From the NCBI GenBank assembly GCA_965113315.1, contig OZ220368.1: a stretch of 64,000 nucleotides of DNA. One strand, written 5' to 3'. The DNA is from Podarcis vaucheri (Eukaryota). The translations under genes were made by a program, and so were the position numbers. The notes beneath the pieces are model-generated. The model was not told where the DNA came from. It made no database searches and saw only the letters and a program-made list of their open reading frames with translations. Positions 1 to 11,985 of the stretch are shown in pieces; the first letter of the stretch is position 1, and every line of letters begins with the position of its first letter.

Positions 1-518
1 TAATCTATTGCAAGCAATTATTCTTACAGGACAAGGAGCAGCCTGAATACATATTTGCCATCCTCTATCTATGCTCGTTCAGACAGTGTAGTTCCTTATG
101 TGGCCAAAACAGCACTGACCATGAACAAGGGAGAAGTATCAGCAGATTAGGGGAAGTATAGAAATGTTTTTAAAGTATATATATATGGGGGACTTGGGAG
201 ACTCAGCCACCCACGAAGAATGCTCAGTGAGCATGGAAAACTGAGTACTAAAGACAGAAAAGTTGAAGATAACGGAGCAGAAACTTCTGAAAGAAGCTCT
301 AACTAGCTGGCTGGAACCTCAACAATGCGATATTTTGTTGAAGGTCTCACTTATTTTAAAACCAATTAATAATCCCCAGAATGCTAATTGGAAAGCTGAA
401 ACCTAAAATGGCTTACAGTATGATTCTACGCATGTTTGCTTAAGCAGCAAGTCCCACTGAGTTCAATGGACCTTACTTCAAAGGAAGTTGCTGTGACATT
501 TTTAAGGCCTTCCTTGTA

Positions 519-761
519 CAGTGGTATCTCAGGTTACATACACTTCCGGTTACATACGCTTCAGGTTACAGACTCCGCTAACCCAGAAATAAGTGCTTCA
601 GGTTAAGAACTTTGCTTCAGGATGAGAACAGAAATCGGGCTCCGGCAGCGCGGCAGCAGCAGGAGGCCCCATTAGCTAAAGTGGTGCTTCAGGTTAAGAA
701 CAGTTTCAGGTTAAGTACAAACATCCGGAACGAATTAAGTACTTAACGTGAGATACCACTG
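519..761. mobile_element. Tc1/mariner (Tigger/pogo-like) non-autonomous MITE in RAVER2 intron 1
   Basis: Perfect 12-bp TIRs CAGTGGTATCTC...GAGATACCACTG flanked by TA on both sides (517-518, 762-763); same family as 23493-23718. Confidence 0.88.
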
Positions 762-3099
762 TATCCATATATGATCAACATTATGTGTAATATCCAATGT
801 TAACCATACTCAGATTTAAGTCAATTGATTTTTGGGTGGTCTTTTCAGGGAAAGAGTTAGTTAGATTTCACCCTGTAAGTTCCACTGAAACCAGAAAAAT
901 ATGTACTTCTATCTGAGGCTGAAGGCAGACCATAGACAAGTTGCAGAAGCAATTCTTTCCCATGGTGCACACATATATTTCTTTTGTCTCACTGTCACTC
1001 CTGGTAAAACAGATTCTGAAAGTTCTCTTAAGTAGGGTGATGGTGGACAGTGTATGGGGTTTACAATTGGCACACCTGTGATCTTAAAATCGGAATTGTC
1101 TATTGATGTCCACATTGAGTTGAGCTTTTGTATTTTGAATGCCTCCTCATCCATGCATAGGGCAAAATAGGAACACAACAGGTTTCAATGGTTTTTTTTT
1201 TATCATATCCACTTCACAGCAAATGAAAGGAACTGGCACAGTCTCTGCAAGATGTTAATCTGGTTTGATTTATGGCCTCGTTCTTAGTGTTCACCTTTCC
1301 TGTATTTTAACTTATTGCAAGTTGATATGAAACTTATTTTTAAAAAGCAATGAATACATTTAATAAAAAATAACAATAAATGGAACATTTTGCACTCTAT
1401 TATAAAGATGCCAGACTTTGGAACTTTCTACTTGGTACTTGACAGAACAGAGTATTATTGTCTTCTTTTTATCACTCATTTTCATTATCCACAGACTCAT
1501 TCAGCGACATTTATTAGCTTGCTCATGATAGAATCTTTGCCTTTAACTTGCCAACGCCTTACTATTTTAACAGTAATGCATTTCATTAGAAGTGTGTCCC
1601 TACCACTAGTAAACATTTTATGCATATCAATACAGTGATTTTCTGGGGACTAATAGCCTCTTTAAAACTCAATTCTGTATAACCTACCTCCACCCACTAA
1701 AGCAAAGCACACAGAGATTGTCATTGAACAAGGCAACTTGTTCAGCATTCGGGAACATAACAGGAGCTAGAAAGTCCTGGTTAATTTGCATGTTTTATTG
1801 GATGATATTGACCACTTATAACTGGATATGACATGGGTTTATTATACTTTTATTCCAAAACTGTAAATGTTAGAGGAACTTGAGTCTGCCTTTGCAAAAA
1901 CCTCTTATCTTGAGTTGGAAATCTATGACAACTTAAAGCAATAAAATTTAATCCCAGTTCTACTTCTTTATTGTTTTCCCAAACTTTCCCCAATATTCAG
2001 ATGCACCTGCGCAATCATGAAGACTACAAATCTGTTACTTAATGGAAAACAATAATTTCTAACAGTGCCCAAAAGGCTTAAAAAGATAACTCCAAAAACC
2101 TTCTGTTGGCTATCCATGTCTGTATCTTCTCGTTGAACTACTGTACAACCTTTGCAACAGAACATAGCTAGTCTACACAAGAGTTAGAAAAGCCAAGGGG
2201 GAAGAAAGAAAAACAGCTTCAGCTATCTATTCCAGTTGTGTCATTGATGATAGCAATGGGAAGCAATTTAGAATGTGTACGTTCTTTAGTCAATAAAATA
2301 AAACTCTTACAAAACTTTCCTCCACCTACCCTACAGGCATATATTCTTGGTGAGTGATTATGAAAAATAAATAAAAAAGATGGTTTCAGCAACAGTAAAA
2401 ACAATAAACAAATTGGGGAGGATGAGAACATACAAGTGCTTTTTCCAAAGGCAAAAAAAAAGGCACAGACAGGATGTTGAACAAAATCTCATCTGCTTTC
2501 CGAATAGGAGAACAAGAAGCAATGCCCATTTTGTTTTGCTTCTTTTCTCCTATTATGGCTGCCTTTTGACTTTCTTTATTCAGGGATGGGAGTTCCTGCT
2601 GAGCTGCTGCTCATGCCACCAAGTGTAAAGTATAATCCCAACACAGGGCAACAAGCAAACTTCCTATCCACAGCACTGTATCCATTGCAATAAAGCGAAA
2701 GACAACTCCGCATGTATTGCTGCTAAGAAAGCGAGAGAGGAGTGTTCCTCCTTAACTCCCTCCAGCCCACAATCCCTCCTAGAACTTTCAAGACTTATGT
2801 TTCTGCATGTGTTGCCTTTAAACCAATTATAGAGACGCGCCCTCTCTCCCACTATCTCAGGAGATGAATGACGATACCTACCCACCTGGGTCACTTATCA
2901 TTACCTGCAAAGTTCTGGAATCTTATTATTCCCTACATTAAAAGGGGGGGGGGACCCTCCCCTTCTTCTTCCATTTTGGAGAGGATGTGCCTCTACATGC
3001 CTCCCTCCCAGCCCAGTCAGCTCCGTTATCCCTGGCAAGTTCTAAATTACCTCTTCCCTGCCTAGAGACGATGCACCCCCGGGACATCTTTTCTCTCCC

Positions 3100-4360
3100 C
3101 ACGGGCTCCCGTCACGCTCCCTGAGTGACCAACTCCGCGTGACCAAGCTCCTTCCACAGCTGCAACCCATTAACTCTCGGCTCCAGCCCCGGGGAAAGCG
3201 GGGGGCCCGTGGCTCGTCCTCGCCCCCCCCTCCGCCGCCCCTCCGAGGGCTCTGCCCCGAGCTGCGCTCCCCACGCGCCGCGAGGGAAGGGGAGAAATGG
3301 GGGCGTTTCGCTCACCTGGCTGCTGCTCTCGGCGGGCAGGTTCCTCAGCAGGATCTTGCGCCTGTTGCTCAGCTCCCGCCTGGTTCCGCGCAGCCTGCGG
3401 GCGACCTCCTCGGGGGCCAGAGCGCGAGGCGTGCCCCCCGCCGCCGCCGCGCCCTCCGACTCCCCCAGAGTCCCGGGCAGCTCGGCGCCGCTGGACCCCG
3501 ACGATGCCGCCATCTTGCCGGCCCGGACGCGAACGCAGCTCTCACACCGCCCGGGGGGTGGAGGCAGCGAGTGGGGGAAGAGAGCCAGTCGGGGCGGGCT
3601 GGGCTTGGGTCTGGGGCGGCGGCAGGGGGCGGGAGCCTGGGGAGGCGGGAGCTGGGCGCCACCCCGCGCGCAGGACCCAGCAGCCACGCTGCATACAAAG
3701 GGAGGAGAGGAGGACGGTCTCGCCCGCCTCCGCCTTCCCCTCGCGCCCCCAGACATGCCCCCTAACCTCTCAAGTACATCCCTGCACTCTTGCTGCCTCT
3801 GCTTCGCCTCAGAATCACACCCAACCACAGTCACAGCGCTGTTTGGCGTGGTTGGGTTTGGGGGTTTTTCGGTCGAAAGAAAATGATAACACACTTTTGC
3901 TAGGTCGCTTAAAGAACAAACGCCGTTGTTTTCGGAAACAGGCGCGGCTGCTCTTATTTGGAACTGCAGCGCTGCGAGCCGGGCGAGCACGACTAGCTTT
4001 TCCCCTTTGCTAACCCTTTAATTAATAAATAGCCGGGTTTCCTACCTCGAGCAGCTGCGTAAGAGCGCGCGAAGTGGAAGGCAAAGGGCAATTCGCCAGC
4101 AGTCGAGATGCAACGGGGAGGTGGGGCGGGGGGGGGAGCAGTGCCTGTTGCGCTGCATATGCAGCTCGCAGAAAACGGGGCGAGTTGAAATGGAAGTGAG
4201 CTCGGCTACAGTCATATGCATACTTGTTTGGAAGTACGTCTCATTGAACTCCAAAAGACTTACTTCGAAGCAGGCCGGCATACAATGCACCGTTTGGCCA
4301 GAACGTGGTGTTACAATGGCACTCTAAAAGCCATTTCTCGTGCGCGTTAGGAGTCGTGAG
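3100..4360. promoter_or_regulatory. RAVER2: CpG island / RAVER2 promoter and 5' region
   Basis: Sharp rise in GC and CpG density against an AT-rich, CpG-depleted background; GC boxes (GGGCGG); overlaps the first coding exon; boundaries approximate. Confidence 0.85.
3316..3513 (-). CDS. RAVER2: RAVER2 (ribonucleoprotein PTB-binding 2) coding exon 1, 66 codons, start of RRM1
   Basis: GGCAAGATGG Kozak context; MAASSG...PEEVARRLRGTRRELSNRRKILLRNLPAESSSQ matches the RAVER N-terminus (LSNRRKIL.KNLP); CAG|GTGAG phase-0 donor; CACHD1-RAVER2 synteny as in human. Confidence 0.92.
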
Positions 4361-6344
4361 AGCTTCTGGAGTTCCTCAGAGGAAGGGCGGAGTGTGAAAA
4401 GCAAATAAAACTTAGTTGCCGTTAGGGATCTTTCTTTTCTGCTTTTGCTTTGTGCCTGTTTTCCTATGGGGGCATGGAGTTTGCATGAGCTTTCCAGACA
4501 CTTATACGGTATTTAGCCACGTTTAGCAGCCTCTGTAGAAAAAACTAGGGGCATAAAATGTGAAACAAATCTTTGTTTTTTAGAAATATGGCCCTTTTGT
4601 ATTTTGTTTAATAAATATTTCTTCATTTTTATTTTTTGCATTGCTCTGCTGCTTTGTTACTTGCTGCCCTGCGCTCCTTTGGGACAGAATACAAATTTAT
4701 TAATACAAAAAAAAATATTATTGTCGTTAAAAATGGATTTTTAAAATAAAAAATCTCAAAAATATGTTTAAAAAATCATAGGAAAAGGAGAAAGAAACCA
4801 AACTGACCCAGAAGTTAAAAACACAAAGGACATAAAATCATGTTTGGTTACTACAGCCACCAGGTCAGCTGAATAAAAATAAAATAAACAGATGGGGTCA
4901 CAATGAAGAAGAACTGTTGAGTAGAAAAATTCCACCCCGTCTTGTGACCCCCCCAGTTCTACTTCTGCCACCCACTAACAATGGAGGAACACAAAAGTCA
5001 CTCTGCCAGTGCAGTACAAACATGTCCCTTGAAGGAGGGCTTGCCAGTAGAGTAGCAGCCAAGCAAATGGTCCTGAAACCTAGTGTTTTGGTGGTGGGAT
5101 CAGCCAGCCCAGGGTCTTACTACCATCAAGCAACAAACATCAGGCCCAATCACTGCTTCAGCAGCTTACTGCCTGGTCTGCTGCCCATCTTCTGCCCGAG
5201 CTACTAGACAAGGCAGGGCTGTGGATGTGACACTAGCCCCACTGATCTGTAAAGCCCCACTGATGGTGGGGGAAGTTTGGATTCTGCCCTTTTTTGTTTT
5301 ATGGTCTAAAAATACCAACAAAACAGTTCTATAGCAAAATCAATATTTCCCCCACCTTTCAATTAACTTATTCATGAAAGTTAATAACTAAAATGAATGT
5401 TAAGGATTCCCTGTACTCCTGGTTCTATATGAGCAGCAGTTGTTAGCAGTATTTCCTGGGAAACCATTAGTCACACATTGCAGCTGACTCCTTTAGTTAA
5501 AGGTTGCTGAATCCTCCATATTGGAATTGCTATAAATAAACCTGATTGCGCTTTACTTAAATGCCAGGCCTGGGCAATACAATCTATAACATCACATCAT
5601 AGACTGGTTGGTTCCACACTTAATTACCCCTTCACTTTCTACAGCTGCAAGTTGTATTTGGGCTGCATTTTTGTATTTCCAGTTGCACTAAACGTTGCAC
5701 ATCAGTAAAGACTGACACCTATTTGCAGGCTTTGTCTGACAAACCGGACCGTTCGATGGTCTGATCCTGTGATTGGCTGCATGAGCAAGCCAGTATTTAA
5801 AGTAAAACTTAGAATATGGGGTGTTGCACTGAAATGATTGGCTAACCCAGGATAGATGCACACTGTAGCTTAGTGGGTGCTCCTATGAGTTGATGGTGCT
5901 GCTGCTACTGCAAGTGTGGCATGCATGGTTTAAGTACTTCATGCAAAGTTTTTGCACAGAGCTGATAGTTTTGGGCAGAGGGTAAATAGAACTGGTGACC
6001 ATTTCCCTTTGCAATAACCTAATGTCACTTTGTCAGCACTTCTTGCGTCTCAAACATTTGCCAGTTTCCTTTTGCAGCGTGACTGCAGGTGACACTCAGC
6101 GTAACAGGAAAAACTTGCCCCGCTTGCAAGTGCAGGACTCCGCTCCCTGCAGTTTGCAACTGACCAATGACTTCACTTATTTATTTATGTAGTCAATTGA
6201 TATATCACTTAATTTTGATTGTCGCTAAGTGGTGTACAAGTAACTCAGTACAATAATGATAAATACCGGGAGAAAGACTGTAGCAGCATATCATAGGACT
6301 AGGACCATGAGGTCAAAACAGTTTCCCAACACTACTGTCTGGAC

Positions 6345-6559
6345 CAGGGGTAGGCCTTCTCAATCCGGCCTGCGGATGGTCCGGTAATCTGTGTGTTTTT
6401 ACATGAGGAGAATGTGTGCTTTTATTTAAAATGCATCTCTGGGTTATTTGTGGGGCATAGGAATTTGTTAAATTTTTTTCTTCAAAATATAGTCCAGCCC
6501 ACGACATGGTCTGAGGGACGGTGGACCGGCCCACCGCTGAAAAAAGTTGCTGACCCCTG
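6345..6559. mobile_element. hAT (Charlie-like) non-autonomous element
   Basis: Ends CAGGGGT...ACCCCTG; 8-bp TSD GTCTGGAC/CTCTGGAC (7/8), similar to the Charlie NTCTAGAN target preference. Confidence 0.8.
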
Positions 6560-9557
6560 CTCTGGACAGAACCCTGTAGGCAAGAGTGAAGAAGCCACTG
6601 TAAAACAGTGCCCAATACCCAGCCCACAGAGCCAGTCCAGGAGGATGCCATGGTTAAGGGTACCAAAAGCCACAAGAGACTGAGAAGCAGACGCACAGAT
6701 GCATTACCTCTGTCCTACTCTCAACACAGGTAACCCATCAGGGTGACCAATTAGGGCACAAGTATCAGAAGTCTTCTGCTTCTGCTACTGCTCTCTCTTT
6801 TGCTATATTTGTATAAAAGCCAAGAGACTTTGAGATACTACCCATCCATTCTGGGCAAGACAAATAGGAGTGCAGTTGAAATTACGTTCATCTCAGGACA
6901 CAGTTGACTAAGAGATTTGAACGTATAAGAAAGCTACTTTAAGAAAAAAAATCTGTAATGTACTCACAACATATTAAGTTTGTAACCTGCTGGATCATTA
7001 AAATCTATGTTCGCGTGTATCCTGGGTCTTATTGTATAAGCACACCTTATATAGCAACGTAACATCCTTCATCTTGTTAAATATGGGTTTGCAGTCGATT
7101 TAACAGCTAATGTTTTATAATTTTAAAACAGAGAGAATAAACCATTTTGTAAAACTAGTAGTTTAGTCTCCAGTGACCAAGTAAATATTTCTTTCCACCT
7201 TCTGTTAGCTGGTTTTACAATCTTTATGTAGGTATGGAAACAACTTCTGTTAAGATTCCAAAATGTCATAAAAGGTAAAGTAAATAGTCATTAAAAAGAA
7301 TCAAAGAATGCAACAACACCTGCCCATTTCATGAGCTGCAAGTGCTTGTCTGGAGTGGTGAACTGCCATTAAATGGTTGAAGGACATTACTGTGATTCTA
7401 CTGCTACTCAACAGAAATCTTCAAATACCGGTAAATGAATGGAAAACCAGAAGTGGTTCTTCTCTGGCTCAGATGATCTAGAATCATGGAGGATAAATTA
7501 TTTGATTACTTCCCTGGAGTATGGTGACCAGTTTAAAAATGGTCTGCAGAGACTGAACTCTGTTCAATCATCTGAACTTCTTCTATAGCAGTTGGCAACC
7601 TAGTTGAATAAGGCAAGGATGGAGAAACACTGAGAGGGGAAAAGTGGCCATTTTCAGTAGGGCAAGCAGTGTGTGACACTGGAGGTGGGATGGCCTTTTA
7701 AAACAAGGTGTGAGTACAGTGAGAAGGGAGTTCAGAAAGGCTCTGTTGAGCTAGCTTGTTGGTGTTAGCTTCTATGTTGTACCCACCTTTGCTATTCCTC
7801 CTTGTTAAGCTGCTTGCTGCTGCTGCTGTTTTAAAAAATACTCAGTGCCCCTCCAACACCATTTATTCAAACTTATCACTCTTCCATTTCTCAGCTACCT
7901 CCTGTGAGAGGGATAAAGGATATGGAATCCTCCAATATTCTATAGTGCCTTTACAGACTGTACTTCACTCCTGGTACCATATGTTGTCTTCAACGTGAAG
8001 TTTCGGCTTCCACATAGTAAATTATTAACAGTCAAACACGCGTATATGGACAACACCCACTGCCTGAATTTAATCTTCTCTTGACTGAACAAGCTGTCAG
8101 GCATGCTCTTAAAGATACAAGAGCATAGATCATCTTGGGATGTATGCACAAAGGGGGCTGCAGAATAGGAAAAAGGATGGGGCATGGCAATTTGGGGTAG
8201 TCTGTGTGCAAGAGAGAGTTGATAAAAGCAAGGAGGAGGGCAAGGGGGGTGAATGTGATAATGGGGTTTGTATGCAAAGGGGGCTGCAGAAAAAGAAAGC
8301 GGGGAGGCATGGAAATGGGGGTGAAGATGAAAGCAGATGCATGAAAATGTCTGCAGAATATATTCAGCTGGGTTATTGTATTGGGCCCAGTATATTACAC
8401 CCTTTTAGGGTGTAAAGAAGAATTGCTGTGCCTTGGTTTTCAAATTGCTAGGCTTTTGGCTTTGGCCCAGAAAATTGTAAGCACATGGCCTTTTTATAGA
8501 CAACTACAGGAAGTTTAAGATCCATTTCAGCACATTTATTTTCACTTGATATATAATAATGAGCACCCTGTGAAACCCAGGTTTTCTGCATTATAGCAAT
8601 TGCTTTTAATTCCTGGGCTAAAGCAAATCTACACTGTGTGTCTAGAAAACTCTCTAGTCCAGAGTTTAATACCAGCACTCTAAATTTTCAGTGTATAACT
8701 ATATCTTTTTAATCAGCATGAAGTCGGGGGGGGGTATTGTCTGCTATTGCTCATATGATGCCATAATCCATAGTAGGGCAACTTATTTAATTGCAGAAAA
8801 TAATGAGCAATATCTTGAGTTCTGCAGATTAATCAGGCTGAGTGCTGAGTAAGGGGCTTGCTCCTGAAACCATTAAGAGGGCATTATTATTAAAATGGTG
8901 TGTGGAAGCACCCAGGCTCTTCTAGGTGCTGTGCAGATTTCAGATTACACTCGGGGATGACAGGATGAAGAAACATGCAAAAGTCAACTACTCAATTAAA
9001 AATAATAATAAAATCTAGCTATCTTCTAGATCTCAAGTAAAAAAAGAGAGGGGGTAATTTAACAGTAGTGACACAAAGTTAAATCTAGTCATGCCTTTAA
9101 TGCCCCTATGAAGTAGAAAAATCCTGAAACGTGCGTATTATTAGGACTTAATTGTCAGAAGTACAGATAGGCAGGCAGCAGATACCAGATAAAGAGCATG
9201 TGATCTTTAAAGTTAAAGCAGAGCCAGCAAAAGCCAAGGTTTTAATCCAGACTAATGAGTCCCCTTCTGTGACCTTGATCTGTAGCCAGCATGGGTCTCC
9301 TTAGCCAAAATGAAGGATAGCTCTTCAGTTCAACCAATTCTGAAGATGAGAACAGAATGCCAGAAGTCTGTGGCATCGGCTACCCTGGAAGAAAAGTTAA
9401 AAGCATTTGTTTACTATTATTGTTACATGTTAACTGTGGGCCAACTGTAGTTAAGCACTACAAGTACTGGGATAAAAGAGGTGATAATGTAGATCCATGG
9501 GGTAGGTGGGATTCAGAGTTCCTGTAAGTGGAATGTCACTCATGGGACATTCCCACC

Positions 9558-9725
9558 CAGTGGCGTAGCGTGGGTTGTCAGCACCCGGGGCAAGGCAAGT
9601 AATTTGCGCCCCCTAACCCGTGGATTTGCACCCCCTAACCCATGGATTTGCGCCCCCTAACCCTAACCCCCAGATGTTGCGCCCGGTGCGCCCGGCCCCC
9701 CCTGCACCCCCACGCTACGCCACTG
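9558..9725. mobile_element. Young hAT MITE with internal 22-bp repeats containing CCCTAA
   Basis: Perfect 17-bp TIR CAGTGGCGTAGCGTGGG; perfect 8-bp TSD TTCCCACC (9550-9557, 9726-9733). Confidence 0.9.
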
Positions 9726-9811
9726 TTCCCACCTGAGGGAGGGAGGGAAAGGTCAGTTTCATCAAATTCTCCTCCTTTCTACAGTGCTTTGTAGCACCTG
9801 AGAGCCCAGGG

Positions 9812-9970
9812 CATAGGAAACAGTCTTCTACTCAGACCATTGGGTCCATTTAGTCAAGTATTGGCTTACATGAATTTCAGAGGACGTTCCTAGTCCTACC
9901 TGGAGAGGCATGGGATTGAACCTGGGACTTTATGCATGCAAACAATGTGTTCTACTACTGAGCTATGGCC
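9812..9970 (-). mobile_element. tRNA-derived squamate SINE (Squam-type), degraded
   Basis: Minus-strand head GGCCATAGCTCAGTAGTAGAAC...GGTTCAATCCC (A and B boxes) followed by a LINE-like tail. Confidence 0.6.
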
Positions 9971-11039
9971 TGCTCCTGCATGCACCATCTGAGAGGTGCA
10001 TGTGCCAACCCTCTAGCAGGGATGCTCCTTGTGACCAAATTCTATGCTGCTTTCTTCTGGGAAAACTTTCCTCAACCTGATGCCCTCTAGATAATTTTGA
10101 CTACAAATTCCATCAGCCCGTCAGATGGTAGTTGAGTCTGAAACATTTGGAGGGCACCAAATCTGGGATATAAACACTGCTGGAGAAGTTGCAAGCTGTG
10201 CTATTACATCAACAATATGCAAGAAGCAACCAGAACAAAGTCCATATTTGAACAGAGTCTGCAAACTGACCACATGGCTACATCAGCTTAATTTTGTTCT
10301 TCGCTCTCGTTACCCCCGCTTTGTGTAAAAGCTTGTTTGATGAAGGGTACAGGAGAACTCAAAGGACTTCTGTGACATTCTGGTTGGTTAAAAAAAAAGA
10401 TATTGTCGAATTGTAGGTTCTGAAGTACTTTTAAGTGTGTTGGTGTAACGAAAGCTTTGCCCATGTGGCAGTGAGCATACTGTGCCTATCAAAATCTGTA
10501 GCTTTTGGATTGATGAGGACATGTGTAAAAAGTATAAAGCTGAGCAGCAGATGGATCAGGTGAACCAGAGCTGTTAAACCCAAGAAGCTGGCCAGAACAC
10601 TTTCACCCTAATTCTCGGTACATCTCCTTCCCAACCCGCTTCAGATTTCCCGAGTTCACTGGCTTTCCCATCAATTCATCGGTATAAATTTATTCTTTTC
10701 CTTGGCTTATGCTCCCAAGTACCCTTTCTCCCCCTCCCCCCCCCCAGGACACCCTAAGATTGCAATGCAGCTGCCCGTGTGCTTTCCCCCTTTCTCTGGG
10801 TAATAGAAAAGAGTAAGGTCATTTCAAACTCTGTTGATGCACCATCTAAAAACTGCCCGTGAAGAGGCTCAGCCTGCCCACTCAATAAAGCACTGATTTA
10901 GTAATGCTAACTGTTCTCACCCTTCTCAACAGCAATACCTGTTTCAGAGTTTAAAGTCTGAAAGATACACCTCTCCGTCACTGTGGATGGCAAGAATGGA
11001 TCCAAGCTGCATACAGCACAAGTGTAGGGTTCCAGGCTG

Positions 11040-11042
<3 letters not shown>

Positions 11043-11099
<57 letters not shown>
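11043..11099. repeat. Compound (TC)n(AC)n microsatellite
   Basis: Directly visible. Confidence 0.95.
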
Positions 11100-11100
<1 letters not shown>

Positions 11101-11396
11101 TGTCAGGAGAGCCACAGCACAGAGTGACATCAACAGAGGTTAGCTCTTTTGTCATGTGCCTCTGTTGTGCATTTGCCGCTGCGCTCCTTGCAAGGAGAGT
11201 CCACGTCAGTCCATGTTACTGGATTCCTGTAAAGTCCACATGTATCAGAAAACAGTGCCTTCCACATGCACTCTCCGCAGCGGTATCGCAATCTACTTCT
11301 GAGCTGAAATGAGAATTTGCTGAAACAAAGTTATGTCCAGTTATATCAAAAGGAACTGTTCCAAAGTGAACTCACAGACCCATACTTTATATACAG

Positions 11397-11402
11397 TTTA
11401 TT
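11397..11402 (-). terminator. CACHD1: Probable distal polyadenylation signal (AATAAA) of CACHD1
   Basis: AATAAA on minus strand, TGTA elements upstream, GU-rich GGGTCTGTGAGTTCACTTTGG downstream. Confidence 0.6.
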
Positions 11403-11985
11403 CCACTAGAGATTGTAATTTTATACATAGTATAAAGGGGATCCTGGTAGCACAAGCATCCTTACTTTAGCATACTGCTTAAGAACCATTTTTTACATAT
11501 TAAGTATTAGGTACCCTATCATTAAAACAATATCTAGAGATCTTGTAAAAAAACCAAACCAAAACCCTACATATAAATGGATGTTTATCATAAGCACAGT
11601 GCAAGAATGTTTTCATAATATTTGAATCACAATGAACAAAATGCTGTGATTTAAAACTAATTGAAAATTATGATGGTCCATGTGGCACCCAGCAGATGAT
11701 GCTAATCACTAAAGCAGTATTAATTCCAGATGAAGATGACAAGGGGCTCATCATTAGGGTTCCAAAATAAACCTTTCACAATGGCCCAAAACTTTACAAA
11801 GCTCCCCATCTACCTCCCCATGGGTTGACCTATCCATTTAGTGAATGTGAAAAGGGTCAGAAACAACAGACCATTGGGGTGGAAACCAACTGGTGCCCTT
11901 ACACTCAGGGAAGGGCTTTTGATCCAGCAGACATCTGCCACAATAGAATCCCACTGCCACCGAATCATCCTTACACCATCTTATA

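Noticed and set aside
3112-4013. Overlapping 200-290 aa ORFs on both strands
   Set aside because: Stop-poor CpG-island sequence; only 3316-3513 (-) has RAVER2 homology, a Kozak context and a splice donor.
9602-9670. CRISPR-like array or true interstitial telomere
   Set aside because: Eukaryotic context, no unique spacers, only four hexamers, enclosed by TIRs and a TSD.
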